Assembly: GCF_037042905.1 (NCBI RefSeq) | Contig: NC_087250.1 | Coordinates: 13,332,001-13,396,000 of the forward strand | DNA: 64,000 nucleotides | Reading direction: 5' to 3' | Source of the DNA: Lytechinus pictus | Taxonomy: Eukaryota | In this document: positions 63,518 to 64,000 of the stretch, in pieces | Numbering within the stretch: position 1 is the stretch's first letter | Layout of the letters: every line of letters starts with the position of its first letter | The notes under the pieces: generated by a model | What the model saw: the letters and a program-made list of their open reading frames with translations, nothing else | What the model was told of the DNA's origin: nothing | Databases searched by the model: none | Program-made: the position numbers and the translations under genes

Positions 63518-64000
63518 AATTAGGATAGGTACTTGCTTTCACTACTTGTTTATTCAATTATTGCTGGATGATTGGATCGAGTAGAGAATTAAATCAAGTG
63601 GGCCTTTAGTACAAATAAGTAACCTGGTAAGAATAGTTGAGGACTCAATTACTTTCTTCAATTACAACAATTATGCAATTGAAGGAATGTTCAATTAAAA
63701 TTACTTTTCAATAAATTGCATTTTTTTTCTTCAAAATTTACAATTACCAATTACTTTTGTCAGTTACAATTACAATTTCGATTACTTTCTAGAAAAGTCA
63801 TGAATAAAACCAGTTTTTATTTTGTACATAGTTCCACATATTTCAACATAATTCTAAGTTACAGAGAAACTGAAAAGATGAAGGTTTAGGTTAAAAAGCA
63901 CGGATTCTGCCTGTTACTCTCTTTGATGCTGAAGCAGTTGACATGAAAAAGGTCATGAACTACTTAAATCATAGATGAATTTAGTTTATTGTAAGTAATT

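Noticed and set aside
63640..63790. Degenerate (CAATTA)n repeats as a separate feature
   Set aside because: Probably a fragment of another DNA transposon; no termini or TSD can be defined within the window.

Overview
AT-rich eukaryotic genomic DNA, probably an invertebrate deuterostome such as a sea urchin (inferred from the repeat style; not proven). The only recognisable gene is a ZCCHC17/pNO40 orthologue (S1 RNA-binding domain plus the start of a CCHC zinc knuckle) on the + strand. I traced five coding exons by eye: 10335-10376, 56619-56676, 57929-58032, 61488-61576 and 62499-62599; the gene continues past the window. Its 46.2-kb first intron is almost entirely one 43.3-kb foldback-type DNA transposon (10596-53932) with a perfect 9-bp target-site duplication. 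Each arm is a ~0.85-kb unique terminal inverted repeat followed by an array of a ~227-bp satellite; the two arrays are inverted around a 353-bp spacer, and the left array has higher-order repeat structure. A second, unrelated foldback element with the same design (unique TIR, inverted 62/70/80-bp minisatellite arrays, spacer) fills 1-10162, so exon 1 and its putative promoter sit in a ~430-bp island between the two. Also present: many nested MITEs, a 34-bp perfect palindrome with 8-bp TSD resembling a P-superfamily excision footprint, a tRNA-derived SINE, and an inverted pair of Penelope-type minimal hammerhead ribozyme motifs. Nearly all ORFs in the supplied track are spurious products of repeats.
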